Below the pieces are notes generated by a model that was not told the DNA's origin, did not search any database, and saw only the letters and a list, made by a program, of their open reading frames with translations. A stretch of DNA of 64,000 bases from Bacillota bacterium (GTDB taxonomy: Bacteria; Bacillota; Dethiobacteria; DTU022): contig JAKOVL010000079.1 in assembly GCA_029782095.1 (NCBI GenBank), positions 8,240 through 72,239 of the forward strand, read 5' to 3'. Both the position numbers and the translations under genes were made by a program. How positions within the stretch are numbered: position 1 is the first letter of the stretch; every line of letters begins with the position of its first letter. Positions 10,054-19,080 of the stretch are shown in pieces.

Positions 10054-11006
10054 GGCTAATCTTTATGTGTACCCCGGACTTTGCTCTGCCCTCCCTGGAA
10101 ATGCTCCGGCAGAGCCGGCACTGCCTGGAAGCCGTGGTGACCCGGCCCGATCGACCGCGGGGCCGGGGGAAAAAGGTGCTTTCTCCGCCGGCTAAAGAGT
10201 GGGCTCTCCGGCACGGCATCCAGGTTTTTCAACCCGGGCACATGAAAGATGAAGCCTTTGTCCATAGTATTAAAAAGATAAAGCCTGACCTCATTGTCAC
10301 CGCCGCTTACGGCTGCTTTTTGCCCCTGGAGCTGCTGCAGCTGCCGCCGCTGGGCTGCATCAACCTGCATGCATCGCTGCTGCCGGCTTACCGGGGTGCG
10401 GCGCCGATCCACCGCGCCATCATGGACGGGGCCACGAAAACCGGTGTCAGCATCATCATGATGTCCCCGGAGATGGATGCCGGTGATATTATCCTGCAGC
10501 AGAGCGAACCGATTTATGAATGGGATACAGCGGGAAGCCTCCATGACCGGTTGGCGCAAAAAGGGGCCGCCCTGCTGGTAGAGGCCATCGAAAGGCTGGC
10601 TGAAGGCAGCGCCGTGCTTACCCCCCAGGATCACGGGGCGGCCACTTATGCTCCGCCCCTGGGGCCGGAAGAGGAAATAATCGATTGGAACCGCAGCGCC
10701 GCAGAGCTTCATAACCAGGTCCGGGGGATGAACCCGTGGCCGGGCGCTTACACTACTTTCGACGGGAAGCGGCTTAAACTCTGGCGCTCCAGGCCCGCCG
10801 ACATCAAAATAGATGCTCCCTCCGCCCCGGGGACAGTACTGGAGATCGACCGGGATAGCATGTTCATTGCCACGGGAGCCGGGATCCTGGCCGTGCAGGA
10901 GGTGCAGCCCCAGGGCAGGCGTTCCATGGCGGCGGCCGATTTCTGCCGCGGCTATCGCATCGTCCCGGGAGCGGTGTTGGGTCAGGAGGCAGGCGACAGG
11001 AGTTAA
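10050..11006 (+). CDS. fmt: Methionyl-tRNA formyltransferase
   Basis: 318 aa. INLHASLLPAYRGAAPI motif. The start overlaps the def stop. Confidence 0.92.
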   Translation: MRLIFMCTPDFALPSLEMLRQSRHCLEAVVTRPDRPRGRGKKVLSPPAKEWALRHGIQVFQPGHMKDEAFVHSIKKIKPDLIVTAAYGCFLPLELLQLPPLGCINLHASLLPAYRGAAPIHRAIMDGATKTGVSIIMMSPEMDAGDIILQQSEPIYEWDTAGSLHDRLAQKGAALLVEAIERLAEGSAVLTPQDHGAATYAPPLGPEEEIIDWNRSAAELHNQVRGMNPWPGAYTTFDGKRLKLWRSRPADIKIDAPSAPGTVLEIDRDSMFIATGAGILAVQEVQPQGRRSMAAADFCRGYRIVPGAVLGQEAGDRS

Positions 11007-11094
11007 AAAACCGGAGGACTTCATGCCCGGACAGGGCGAAGCTTTTTTCAAATTGCGGCGCGGCGGACCGCAGCTCCCGGACAAGCATGGCCTG

Positions 11095-11133
11095 AACAGT
11101 TGCAGGGGCGCAGTGTGCTGCGCCCGTTGTTTT
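11095..11133 (+). terminator. Hairpin repeat (family 2, copy 1) followed by a T-run; probable fmt terminator
   Basis: GGGCGCAG-tgtg-CTGCGCCC (11106-11125) followed by gTTGTTTT. A near-identical 32-nt sequence occurs at 18220-18251. Confidence 0.55.
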
Positions 11134-11178
11134 AAGTTAAGGTGGAAAGCAAGGACCGTTTCCACTTGATCGGAAGGT

Positions 11179-12606
11179 GTGCCGATGCAGCAGCATAAGC
11201 GGATTAGGGATCGGAAAACTCCTGCGGCAGGGGCAAGCCGGAGGGGGAGGGGCCGGCAGGAACCGCCAACTGCCCGCGAGGCCGCCTTGCAGGCGCTGCT
11301 GCGGGTGGAGCGGGATGGGGCCTACCTGAACCTGGCGCTGCCCCCGCTGCTGGCCGGACTAGCACCCCAGGAGCGAGGGCTGGCTTCCCGGATCGCCACC
11401 GGCACGATCCAGCATCTTAATACTATTGACTGGGCCTTGAATTTATTTTTAACAAGCCCGCTGCACAAGCTCACCCTGGCCATGCGCAACCTGCTTCGCC
11501 TCAGCGCCTATCAGCTACTCTACCTGGACCGGGTTCCGGCTCACGCCGTGGTGGACGAAGCGGTGCGCCTGGCCCGGCGCTACGGGCATCGCGGTGTGGC
11601 CGGCCTGGCCAACGCGGTGCTGCGCCGCCTGTCCGCGGAGAAAGATGATCTCCCCTGGCCGGATGCGACTGCCAACGCCGCGGAGTACCTGTCCCTGCGC
11701 TACAGCCATCCCCAGTGGATGGTCAAACGCTGGATCGAGCGCTACGGTGCAGCTGAAGCAGAAAGCCTTTGCCGCGCCAACAACGAGACAGCCCCCCTCT
11801 CCCTGCGTCCCAACACCCTGCGCACCACGGCGGCACAGCTGCGCGAAAGGCTAAGCACAGAAAGGGTGGAGGCCGCTTTCAGCCCCCGTGTCCCGGGGAT
11901 GCTGCTGGTTAATCCCCACGGTTCCCTTGTGGAACTGGACAGCTATAAGGATGGGCTGTTCACCATTCAGGGTGAAAGCTCTGCCCTGGTGGCGCCCTGT
12001 TTAGATCCCGGGCCGGAGCAAATGGTCCTGGACCTATGCAGCGCGCCGGGGGGGAAGACGACGCACCTGGCCGAGCTGATGCTGGACCGCGGCGTTATTC
12101 ATGCTGTCGATATTCATCCTCACCGGCTGCAGCTGGTGCAGAGGGCGGCTCAGCGGCTCGGCCTCTCTTCAATCCGTACCCTTGAAATTGACGGCCGAAA
12201 AATTGGCGCGGCCGGCCTGCCGCTTCAGCAGTGTATTCTGGTCGACGCCCCCTGCACCGGTCTGGGGGTGATCCGCCGCCTGCCGGAGCTGAAATGGCGC
12301 CGGCGCGAAGAAGAGCTGCTCCGGATGCAAAAGCTCCAGCTGGAGCTGCTGGAAGCGGCGGCTAGCATGCTGGCTCCGGGGGGAAAACTGCTCTACAGTG
12401 TTTGCACCAATGAGCCGGAGGAGACGATGGCTGTGGCACGGTCTTTTTCGGCGCGGCACCCGGAGCTGAAACTGCAGGCAGGGCCGGGTCGGCTGCCCGA
12501 TCCGCTGTGCACTGCTATCGGCGAAGATGGGACCATAAACTTATTGCCGCACCGCCATGGCCTGGATGGCTTTTTTATTGCCCTCTGGCGCCGGCAATCC
12601 GGCTGA
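11179..12606 (+). CDS. rsmB: 16S rRNA (cytosine967-C5)-methyltransferase
   Basis: 475 aa. NusB-like N-terminal domain plus a SAM-MTase core (DLCSAPGGKT, VDAPCTGLGVIRR, YSVCT). Confidence 0.9.
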   Translation: MPMQQHKRIRDRKTPAAGASRRGRGRQEPPTAREAALQALLRVERDGAYLNLALPPLLAGLAPQERGLASRIATGTIQHLNTIDWALNLFLTSPLHKLTLAMRNLLRLSAYQLLYLDRVPAHAVVDEAVRLARRYGHRGVAGLANAVLRRLSAEKDDLPWPDATANAAEYLSLRYSHPQWMVKRWIERYGAAEAESLCRANNETAPLSLRPNTLRTTAAQLRERLSTERVEAAFSPRVPGMLLVNPHGSLVELDSYKDGLFTIQGESSALVAPCLDPGPEQMVLDLCSAPGGKTTHLAELMLDRGVIHAVDIHPHRLQLVQRAAQRLGLSSIRTLEIDGRKIGAAGLPLQQCILVDAPCTGLGVIRRLPELKWRRREEELLRMQKLQLELLEAAASMLAPGGKLLYSVCTNEPEETMAVARSFSARHPELKLQAGPGRLPDPLCTAIGEDGTINLLPHRHGLDGFFIALWRRQSG

Positions 12607-12649
12607 TATGGCACATAACAGAGATAACAGGCGAAATATGCTGCTCTAT

Positions 12650-12678
12650 TGTTGTTTTTCACTATTTTTGCTATACTT
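12650..12678 (+). promoter_or_regulatory. Candidate sigma-A promoter for the phosphatase-kinase operon
   Basis: TTGTTG (12650-12655), 17-nt spacer, TATACT (12673-12678), about 35 nt upstream of the TTG start at 12714. Confidence 0.4.
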
Positions 12679-12713
12679 GACTTGATCTAAAAGCACCCCC
12701 GGGAGGTGTTGCA

Positions 12714-13460
12714 TTGCAGCTTGTCGGCCTATCCAATCCGGGACGGGAGCGTTCTCGCAATGAAGACAGCTTTCTGTTACGCAGTGAAGGCTCTATTGCT
12801 TTACTGGCCGTGGCCGACGGCATGGGCGGGCATGTTGCCGGAGATGTGGCCAGTGCCCTCGCCGTTTCTGCACTGGAGCGCTGCTGGAATGACATGAACC
12901 GGGAAGAGCTTGACCGGCAGCAGATGGCTGCTGTGGTCAGGCATATGGTTAGCGAAGCCAATCAATCTATTTTAACCAATTCTGCCGGTGATGCCGGCAA
13001 GCAGGGTATGGGCACCACTTTGACGGTGGCGCTGCTCTACGGCTGCAACCTGGCGCTCGGCCACGTGGGAGACAGCAGGGCCTATTTGATTGAAGGAAAC
13101 GAAATCAAGCTGCTGACAGAAGATCATTCCCTGGTGGAGCAGTTAATCCAGCAGGGGAGCGTCTCTCCCGAAGAGGCGCAAATGCATCCGCAGCGCCATA
13201 TCCTCACCCGGGCGCTGGGAACAAGCTCTGCCGAGATTGATTTAAGCGAACTGACCGTGGCTGAAAATTCGTCTTTGCTCCTATGCACCGACGGACTAAC
13301 CACCCTGGTTCAAGATGACGAAATTTTAGAGATTATTCTTGCCTCGCAGGCTGACCCCTGTTCGACTGCTGCAGAACTGATTAACCTGGCCAATGAGAGG
13401 GGCGGCTTTGACAATATTACAGTGGTCTTGGCTACTGGCATCGGGAGGCATGCAGGTTAA
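12714..13460 (+). CDS. prpC: PP2C-family Ser/Thr protein phosphatase (PrpC/Stp)
   Basis: 248 aa. R.RNEDSF, AVADGMGGH and GGFDNITVV motifs. The stop overlaps the kinase start. Confidence 0.9.
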   Translation: MQLVGLSNPGRERSRNEDSFLLRSEGSIALLAVADGMGGHVAGDVASALAVSALERCWNDMNREELDRQQMAAVVRHMVSEANQSILTNSAGDAGKQGMGTTLTVALLYGCNLALGHVGDSRAYLIEGNEIKLLTEDHSLVEQLIQQGSVSPEEAQMHPQRHILTRALGTSSAEIDLSELTVAENSSLLLCTDGLTTLVQDDEILEIILASQADPCSTAAELINLANERGGFDNITVVLATGIGRHAG

Positions 13461-15079
13461 TGGTCGGTAAAGTGCTGGCTGGAAGATATGAGCTGCTGGA
13501 AAAAATAGGTGAAGGCGGCATGTCCCGGGTGTACCGGGGCCGTGACAATCTGCTTCGCCGCTCGGTTGCGGTAAAAATATTGAAGGATCAGATGACCGGC
13601 GACGCCGATTTTATCAGGCGCTTCCGCCGGGAAGCGCAGGCGGCGGCGGGCCTTTCCCATCCGCATATTGTTAATGTTTACGATGTGGGAGAAGAAAATG
13701 AAATATATTACATTGTCATGGAGTATGTGGACGGTAAAAATCTGAAACAATATATCCGGGAAAAAGGCCGCCTGGCCGTCTCTGAAGCGGTAGCCATAGC
13801 CCGGCAAATTGCCGAAGCCCTGGCGCAGGCCCATGCCGCCGGCGTCATTCATCGCGACATCAAGCCGCAAAACATTCTTTTTTCCAGGGATGGACAGGTA
13901 AAGGTGGCTGATTTTGGCATCGCCATCGCTGCCGACGGCTCCACCCTGACCTGCAGTGATGACGTATTCGGCTCGGTGCACTACTTCTCTCCCGAACAGG
14001 CCAGGGGCAACCTGGCCGGCAAGCAGTCTGACCTTTATTCCCTGGGCATTATCCTTTATGAAATGGTGACGGGGCGGGTGCCGTTCTCCGGTGAAAGCCC
14101 TGTTTCCGTGGCCATGAAACATGTTCAGGAGCCGATTGAGCCGCCGCGGCGCCTGGTCCCCAGCATCCCTGAACCGCTGGAACGCATTATTCTAAAGGCG
14201 GTCCAGAAAGAGCCGGCTAAACGCTACCAGGATGCCGAGAGTTTTCTCGAAGATTTAAAATTGTTCCAGGATAAAGGCTTCTCCCGGGCTGTGCCCGAAA
14301 CAGCCGCTGTTGACGATGAGGAAACAATTGTGCTGAAACCGGTCACCGCCCCGCCTCCGGACAAGTTATGGAGGAGAAGCTGGTTTTGGCCCCTGGTAAT
14401 CGTTATATTCCTGAGCAGCACTTTGCTGGTGGGCTTCATTGCCGCCCGCGACCTGCTCTTCCCCGCCGAGGTGGTGGTTCCGGAAGTGCGGGAGCTGCCC
14501 CAGAACGACGCGGTGGCAGTGCTGCAAGAGCACGGCTTGCGCCCCAATCCCACCGTCACCTATGTCTATGACGATACCATACCCGTGGGGCATGTGGTGC
14601 GCACCGATCCCTTTCAAGGGCGCACTGTCCGCAAAAAACGGACCATCGAGCTGTATGTCAGCAAGGGACCGGAATATATTCTGGCGCCGGATCTTTATCT
14701 GAAAACGGAAAATGAAGCTAGGATCTTGCTGCAAGAGATGGATTTGATCCCGGACGTGATCCGCGAAAGCCACGACGAAGTTCCTGAAGGAAAAATTTTC
14801 CGCCAGGTGCCCAGCGCCGGTTCCCGCCTGGCCCGGGGCGAACAGGTGGTTATCTACGTGAGCCAGGGGGGCAGGCCTTTTCCGGTGATGAACCTGATCG
14901 GGATGAGCCGCGAAAAGGCGGAGGAATATTTACAGCAGGAGGGGCTGAAACCCCGCCTGGTATATCAAGCTTCTGATGAACCCGCGGGCACCGTGGTAGC
15001 CCAGTTTCCCGAACCGGGCCAGGGCGTAAAGCGGGGCCAGACCGTGGATCTGGTGATCAGCACGGGCCCGGTTGAATGA
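13460..15079 (+). CDS. prkC: PASTA-domain Ser/Thr protein kinase
   Basis: 539 aa. Hanks kinase motifs (VAVKIL, HRDIKPQNIL, DFGIA, SPEQ), a central TM helix (WPLVIVIFLSSTLLVGFIA) and C-terminal PASTA-like repeats. Confidence 0.9.
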   Translation: MVGKVLAGRYELLEKIGEGGMSRVYRGRDNLLRRSVAVKILKDQMTGDADFIRRFRREAQAAAGLSHPHIVNVYDVGEENEIYYIVMEYVDGKNLKQYIREKGRLAVSEAVAIARQIAEALAQAHAAGVIHRDIKPQNILFSRDGQVKVADFGIAIAADGSTLTCSDDVFGSVHYFSPEQARGNLAGKQSDLYSLGIILYEMVTGRVPFSGESPVSVAMKHVQEPIEPPRRLVPSIPEPLERIILKAVQKEPAKRYQDAESFLEDLKLFQDKGFSRAVPETAAVDDEETIVLKPVTAPPPDKLWRRSWFWPLVIVIFLSSTLLVGFIAARDLLFPAEVVVPEVRELPQNDAVAVLQEHGLRPNPTVTYVYDDTIPVGHVVRTDPFQGRTVRKKRTIELYVSKGPEYILAPDLYLKTENEARILLQEMDLIPDVIRESHDEVPEGKIFRQVPSAGSRLARGEQVVIYVSQGGRPFPVMNLIGMSREKAEEYLQQEGLKPRLVYQASDEPAGTVVAQFPEPGQGVKRGQTVDLVISTGPVE

Positions 15080-15239
15080 AGTTAACAGGGACGCTGCCGC
15101 CCGCCGTTTTTGGGCTCGTTTGTGGTAAAATCTTCCGGGCTGCAGGCTCGCCGAAACCGGCCCGCCTGCAGCCCGGCCAAGGCTATGCCGCCCTGTTTGC
15201 TCTTGCAATGCTAGTGTTGAGAAGGAGGTCTTTATTTCC

Positions 15240-16130
15240 CTGGAAGGGATTATTGTTCAGGCCACCGGGGGATTTTTCCTGGTACGCGATGCACAAAACC
15301 AGGAGTATCTCTGCCGGGCGCGGGGAAAGCTGAAACGGCAGAAAAATAACCTGATGGTGGGCGACCGGGTGCTTTTCAGCATCACGCGTGCCGCTTCCGG
15401 AGCAGGGGAACCCCCGCAAGGGGTCGTGGAGGAGCAGCTGCCTCGCCGCAACTGCCTCTATCGCCCCAGGGTGGCCAATGTTGACCTGCTGGTTTTGGTC
15501 ATGGCCCTGAAAGAACCCGCCCCGGACTGGCAGCTGGTCAGCCGCCTTTTGGTGCTGGCCGAGCGGCAGGAAATGAAGGCGCTGCTATGCCTGAACAAGA
15601 TGGATCTGCTTTCTGCGGACGAGCTAACGGAGGTTACCGGTACCCTTGATCCTTTCCCCTATCCTTATATTCCGACCAGCGCCCTCTTGGGCCGGGGGGT
15701 CGATGCGCTGAAAGCACGGCTCCAGGGGATGGTGACGGTTTTCGCCGGGCCGTCCGGTTCAGGCAAGTCATCGTTGCTGAACGCTGTTCAGCCGGGCCTT
15801 TCGCTGAAAACAGCCGCTGTCAGCGAAAAATCAAAACGGGGCCGCCATACCACCCGCACGGTGTCGCTTCTGCCCCTGGAGGGAAGCGGTGCAGTGGTGG
15901 ATACCCCGGGCTTTTCCCGGCTGGAATTTTATGACCTGGAGCCGGAGCAGCTGCCCGCATATTTCCCGGAAATAAAAGCTCGGGCAGCTCAATGCTCTTT
16001 TAACAACTGCTTCCATATCAGTGAGCCGGGATGCGCCGTAAGGGATGCAGTCAGCGCTTCGCAGATCAATGGGCTGCGCTACGAACATTATAAGCTCTTT
16101 TACCAGGAGCTGCTTGATAGGAGAAAATGA
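15240..16130 (+). CDS. rsgA: Ribosome small-subunit-dependent GTPase A. The start is placed at a non-canonical CTG (or ATT at 15234).
   Basis: Motifs CLNKMDL, AGPSGSGKSSLLN, DTPGF and the zinc knuckle C..C.H..EPGC. The conserved N-terminal OB-fold (EGIIVQATGGFFLV...) is in frame upstream of the first ATG (15354), with no intervening ATG/GTG/TTG. RBS GAAGGAGG at 15221-15228. Confidence 0.8.
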   Translation: MEGIIVQATGGFFLVRDAQNQEYLCRARGKLKRQKNNLMVGDRVLFSITRAASGAGEPPQGVVEEQLPRRNCLYRPRVANVDLLVLVMALKEPAPDWQLVSRLLVLAERQEMKALLCLNKMDLLSADELTEVTGTLDPFPYPYIPTSALLGRGVDALKARLQGMVTVFAGPSGSGKSSLLNAVQPGLSLKTAAVSEKSKRGRHTTRTVSLLPLEGSGAVVDTPGFSRLEFYDLEPEQLPAYFPEIKARAAQCSFNNCFHISEPGCAVRDAVSASQINGLRYEHYKLFYQELLDRRK

Positions 16131-16136
16131 TCAACC

Positions 16137-16814
16137 ATGCCCAAAAAAATTAAAGTTGCCCCGTCGTTGTTGTCCGCTGATTTCGGTATGCTGCGGGAAG
16201 CGGTCCGCCTGGTGGAGTCACACGGCGCCGACTGGATCCACCTCGATATCATGGACGGGCATTTCGTGCCAAGCATTACCATGGGGCCGCTGGTGGCGCA
16301 ATGGTTGAGGCCCCACACCGGCCTGTTCCTCGACGCCCATTTAATGGTCAGCAATCCCGAAGACCATCTTGAAGCCTTTGCCAGGGCCGGTGTTGACTCC
16401 ATAACCGTCCATGCCGAAGCGACGGCGCACCTGGATCGAGTATTGCGGAAGATAAGCGGCCTGGGAGTCAAGGCCGGGGTGGCCCTCAACCCGGCCACGC
16501 CCCCGGAAGTGCTGGAATATGTATGGCCCCTTCTGGACCTGGTCCTGGTGATGAGCGTGAATCCCGGAGCCGGAGGCCAATCTTTTATCCCGGCAGTGCT
16601 GCCGAAGATCGCTTATTTGGCACAGCGCATCCGGGAGGTCAAGCCGGATGCGGCGCTGCAGGTGGACGGCGGCATTAACCTGGAGACTGCGCCGGCGGTC
16701 ATTGAAGCGGGCGCCAATGTTCTGGTGGCCGGTTCCGCCGTGTTTAAAGATCAAGACGGCCTCAAATTGATCCAGGCTTTTAAAGCGCTGGGCGGTGAAA
16801 CAAAGGCTGTTTAA
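16137..16814 (+). CDS. rpe: Ribulose-phosphate 3-epimerase
   Basis: PSLLSADF, HLDIMDGHFVP and MSVNPG.GGQ motifs. 225 aa. Confidence 0.92.
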   Translation: MPKKIKVAPSLLSADFGMLREAVRLVESHGADWIHLDIMDGHFVPSITMGPLVAQWLRPHTGLFLDAHLMVSNPEDHLEAFARAGVDSITVHAEATAHLDRVLRKISGLGVKAGVALNPATPPEVLEYVWPLLDLVLVMSVNPGAGGQSFIPAVLPKIAYLAQRIREVKPDAALQVDGGINLETAPAVIEAGANVLVAGSAVFKDQDGLKLIQAFKALGGETKAV

Positions 16815-16846
16815 AATAAATAAGTTATGTTATAATTAATTGACCG

Positions 16847-16996
16847 TTTTCTTCGGGGTCTGGTGAGAAGGAACACTCCTTCAATTCCGAACCGGCGGTG
16901 ATTTCCGGCCCAGGGCCGGGATAAGCCCGCGAGCCGCAAGGCCGACCCGGTGCGATTCCGGGGCCGACAGTAAAGTCTGGATGGGAGAAGAAACGG
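16847..16996 (+). promoter_or_regulatory. FMN riboswitch (RFN element) leader of the rib operon
   Basis: Conserved RFN blocks are readable: TTCTTCGGGGTCTGGTGA...ACCGGCGGT...AGCCCGCGAGC...GGTGCGATTCCGGGGCCGACAGTAAAGTCTGGATGGGAGAAGAA. It is preceded by an extended -10 element, TGtTATAAT (16828-16836). Confidence 0.9.
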
Positions 16997-17025
16997 CGGC
17001 TTATTCAGTCGTGTTTTGATCCCAG

Positions 17026-17056
17026 ACCCTGAAGCTTCCGGTTCAGGGTTTTTCTT
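17026..17056 (+). terminator. Riboswitch expression-platform intrinsic terminator
   Basis: ACCCTGAA-gcttccgg-TTCAGGGT followed by TTTTTCTT, located between the RFN aptamer and the ribD start. Confidence 0.8.
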
Positions 17057-17090
17057 ATGCATTTTTTGCGGCGTGGTGATCTTTTTGGAC

Positions 17091-18188
17091 ATGGATGAAA
17101 AGTATATGTGGATGGCCCTGGATTTGGCCCGCCAGGGCCGCGGCCGGACCAGTCCCAACCCCATGGTTGGCGCAGTGCTGGTTAAGGACGGCGCGGTGGT
17201 GGGATCAGGCTACCACCAGGCCGCGGGCCTGCCCCATGCTGAAATTGTCGCCCTGCGCAAAGCCGGGGAAAAGGCAAGGGGGGCCGTCCTCTATGTTAAC
17301 CTGGAGCCCTGCTCGCACCATGGCCGCACCCCTCCCTGCACCGACGCCCTGATCAAAGCGGGCGTTAAGGAAGTGGTGGCCGCCATGAGCGATCCCAACC
17401 CCTTGGTCGCCGGAACCGGCTTTCAAAAGCTTCAGGCAGCCGGTATAAAGGTTAGACAAGGTGTTCTCGAAGAGAAAGCGCGCCGGCTCAACGAGGTCTT
17501 TATCAAGTACATTACCACCGGGAGGCCCTTTGTTGCGGTGAAGGCGGCCATGAGCCTGGACGGCAAGATTGCCACCCGCACCGGCGAGTCCCGATGGATA
17601 ACCGGTGAAAGATCGAGGCAGTACGTGCACCGGCTGCGTGACCGTGTTGACGCCATTGCCGTCGGCATCGAAACGGTTTTAAGCGACGATCCCCGCCTGA
17701 CCACCCGGCTGGAGGGGGAAAAGGGGAAAGATCCGCTGCGGGTGGTAGTGGACAGCACCGCCCGCCTGCCCCTGGACGCCCGGGTGATCAGCTCCGGCAC
17801 CCGGAGCAGGCTGCTCCTGGCCACCACCTCCGCCGCCCCCCCGGACAAGTGCCGCGCCCTGCAGGAGAAAGGGGTGGAAGTGATGGTCCTGCCTTCCCGG
17901 AAAGGCAGGGTGAACCTGGAAGAATTAATGCGCCAACTGGGGGAAAGAAAGATCACTTCACTCCTGGTGGAAGGCGGCGGCACGCTGAACTATAGCTTGC
18001 TGGAAGCGGGGTTGGTCGATAAGCTGTATCTATTTATCGCCCCGCTGATTATCGGCGGAAAGGACAGCCCCACCCCCTTTGCCGGTGAAGGGGTCGCTTC
18101 TTTAAACAAGGCCTGGCGGCTGGAGCAGGTGGAGATAAAACAATTTGACCAGGATTTGCTTTTGACCGGCTACCCCCGGAAACAATAG
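17091..18188 (+). CDS. ribD: Bifunctional riboflavin biosynthesis deaminase/reductase
   Basis: MDEKYMWMALDLARQGRGRTSPNPMVGAV... with the deaminase zinc motif PHAEI...LEPCSHHGRTPPC and a C-terminal reductase domain. The track ORF start at 17016 would read through the riboswitch terminator, so the internal ATG at 17091 is preferred. Confidence 0.9.
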   Translation: MDEKYMWMALDLARQGRGRTSPNPMVGAVLVKDGAVVGSGYHQAAGLPHAEIVALRKAGEKARGAVLYVNLEPCSHHGRTPPCTDALIKAGVKEVVAAMSDPNPLVAGTGFQKLQAAGIKVRQGVLEEKARRLNEVFIKYITTGRPFVAVKAAMSLDGKIATRTGESRWITGERSRQYVHRLRDRVDAIAVGIETVLSDDPRLTTRLEGEKGKDPLRVVVDSTARLPLDARVISSGTRSRLLLATTSAAPPDKCRALQEKGVEVMVLPSRKGRVNLEELMRQLGERKITSLLVEGGGTLNYSLLEAGLVDKLYLFIAPLIIGGKDSPTPFAGEGVASLNKAWRLEQVEIKQFDQDLLLTGYPRKQ

Positions 18189-18219
18189 GGATGCACCGGC
18201 TTTTGCAAAAAAAGGCTGA

Positions 18220-18251
18220 AACAATTGTTGGGGTGCAGCGTGCTGCGCCCG
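18220..18251 (+). repeat. Hairpin repeat (family 2, copy 2) in the ribD-ribE spacer
   Basis: AACAATTGTTGGGGTGCAGCGTGCTGCGCCCG compared with AACAGTTGCAGGGGCGCAGTGTGCTGCGCCCG at 11095-11126. There is no T-run here. Confidence 0.7.
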
Positions 18252-18340
18252 CGGGCAAACCGACTGGTTAGCTTAGCCCAGATTATACCAAACAAGGCAG
18301 CGGAGTTCTATTCTACGCCCGCGGAGGTGATGACGTCGCA

Positions 18341-19003
18341 ATGTTTACCGGAATTGTTGAAGAGATGGGGCGGTTAAAAGCACGGGAAGGCTCCGCGCGG
18401 GGCGCCACCCTGGTAATCGCCGCCCAAAAGGTTCTGGAAGGCTTAAAGATAGGGGACAGCATCGCCGTGAACGGAGTCTGTCTTACCGCCACCTCTTTTG
18501 ATCGAAGCAGCTTTACCGCGCAGGTAATGCCGGAGACGCTGCGCAAAACCGACCTGGAGAGCCTGTCGCCCGGCCAGCCGGTCAACCTGGAGCGGGCCCT
18601 GGCCTTGGGCGACCGCCTGGGCGGCCACCTGGTCAGCGGCCACGTGGACGGAACGGGAATCCTGTCCTGGCGGCGCCCCGAAGGCAACGCGGTAATCGTC
18701 TTTATTCAGGCTTCGCCGGAGCTGCTGCGCTATATTATCCCCAAGGGCTCCGTGGCCGTGGACGGAGTCAGCCTGACAGTGGCCTCTGTTGACCGCAAAG
18801 GTTTCAGCGTTTCGTTGATTCCCCACACCGCTGCTGTGACCACCCTGGGCCAAAAACAGCCCGGCGCGGTGGTGAACATCGAAACCGATCTGATCGGCAA
18901 GTACGTGGAAAAGCTGCTGCAGCCCTACCGGGCCGCTGAAGCGCCGCCGGGAGAGAAAATAACCATGGCGATGCTTCGTGAAAACGGTTTTTGGGATAGT
19001 TAA
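18341..19003 (+). CDS. ribE: Riboflavin synthase (alpha chain)
   Basis: MFTGIVEE.G start and two internally repeated lumazine-binding halves ([12 protein letters not shown] / [11 protein letters not shown]). Confidence 0.92.
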   Translation: MFTGIVEEMGRLKAREGSARGATLVIAAQKVLEGLKIGDSIAVNGVCLTATSFDRSSFTAQVMPETLRKTDLESLSPGQPVNLERALALGDRLGGHLVSGHVDGTGILSWRRPEGNAVIVFIQASPELLRYIIPKGSVAVDGVSLTVASVDRKGFSVSLIPHTAAVTTLGQKQPGAVVNIETDLIGKYVEKLLQPYRAAEAPPGEKITMAMLRENGFWDS

Positions 19004-19080
19004 AGGCCGGCCCAGGGGAGAGGACAGGCTTTACTGAGGACGCAACCCATTATGGTTTTTGTTTCATCATACAGGAGGTA

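Noticed and set aside
10056-11165. Long antisense ORFs opposite well-supported genes. Examples are 369 aa opposite fmt (10056-11165), 221 aa opposite prkC (13457-14122), 230 aa opposite icd (27611-28303), 320 aa opposite the GH125-like gene (32259-33221) and 260 aa opposite the PIG-L gene (62580-63362).
   Set aside because: These are typical shadow ORFs of high-GC coding DNA. They have Arg/Pro/Gly-rich low-complexity translations and no RBS or recognisable motifs, while the sense-strand genes carry unambiguous family signatures.
15076-15333. 85-aa ORF starting at the prkC stop.
   Set aside because: It overlaps the in-frame conserved N-terminal OB-fold of rsgA in another frame, and its sequence is low-complexity and Ala/Pro/Gly-rich.
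17016-17090. Upstream extension of ribD (track ORF start at 17016).
   Set aside because: It would translate through the riboswitch terminator hairpin and T-run. The conserved RibD N-terminus begins at the ATG at 17091.
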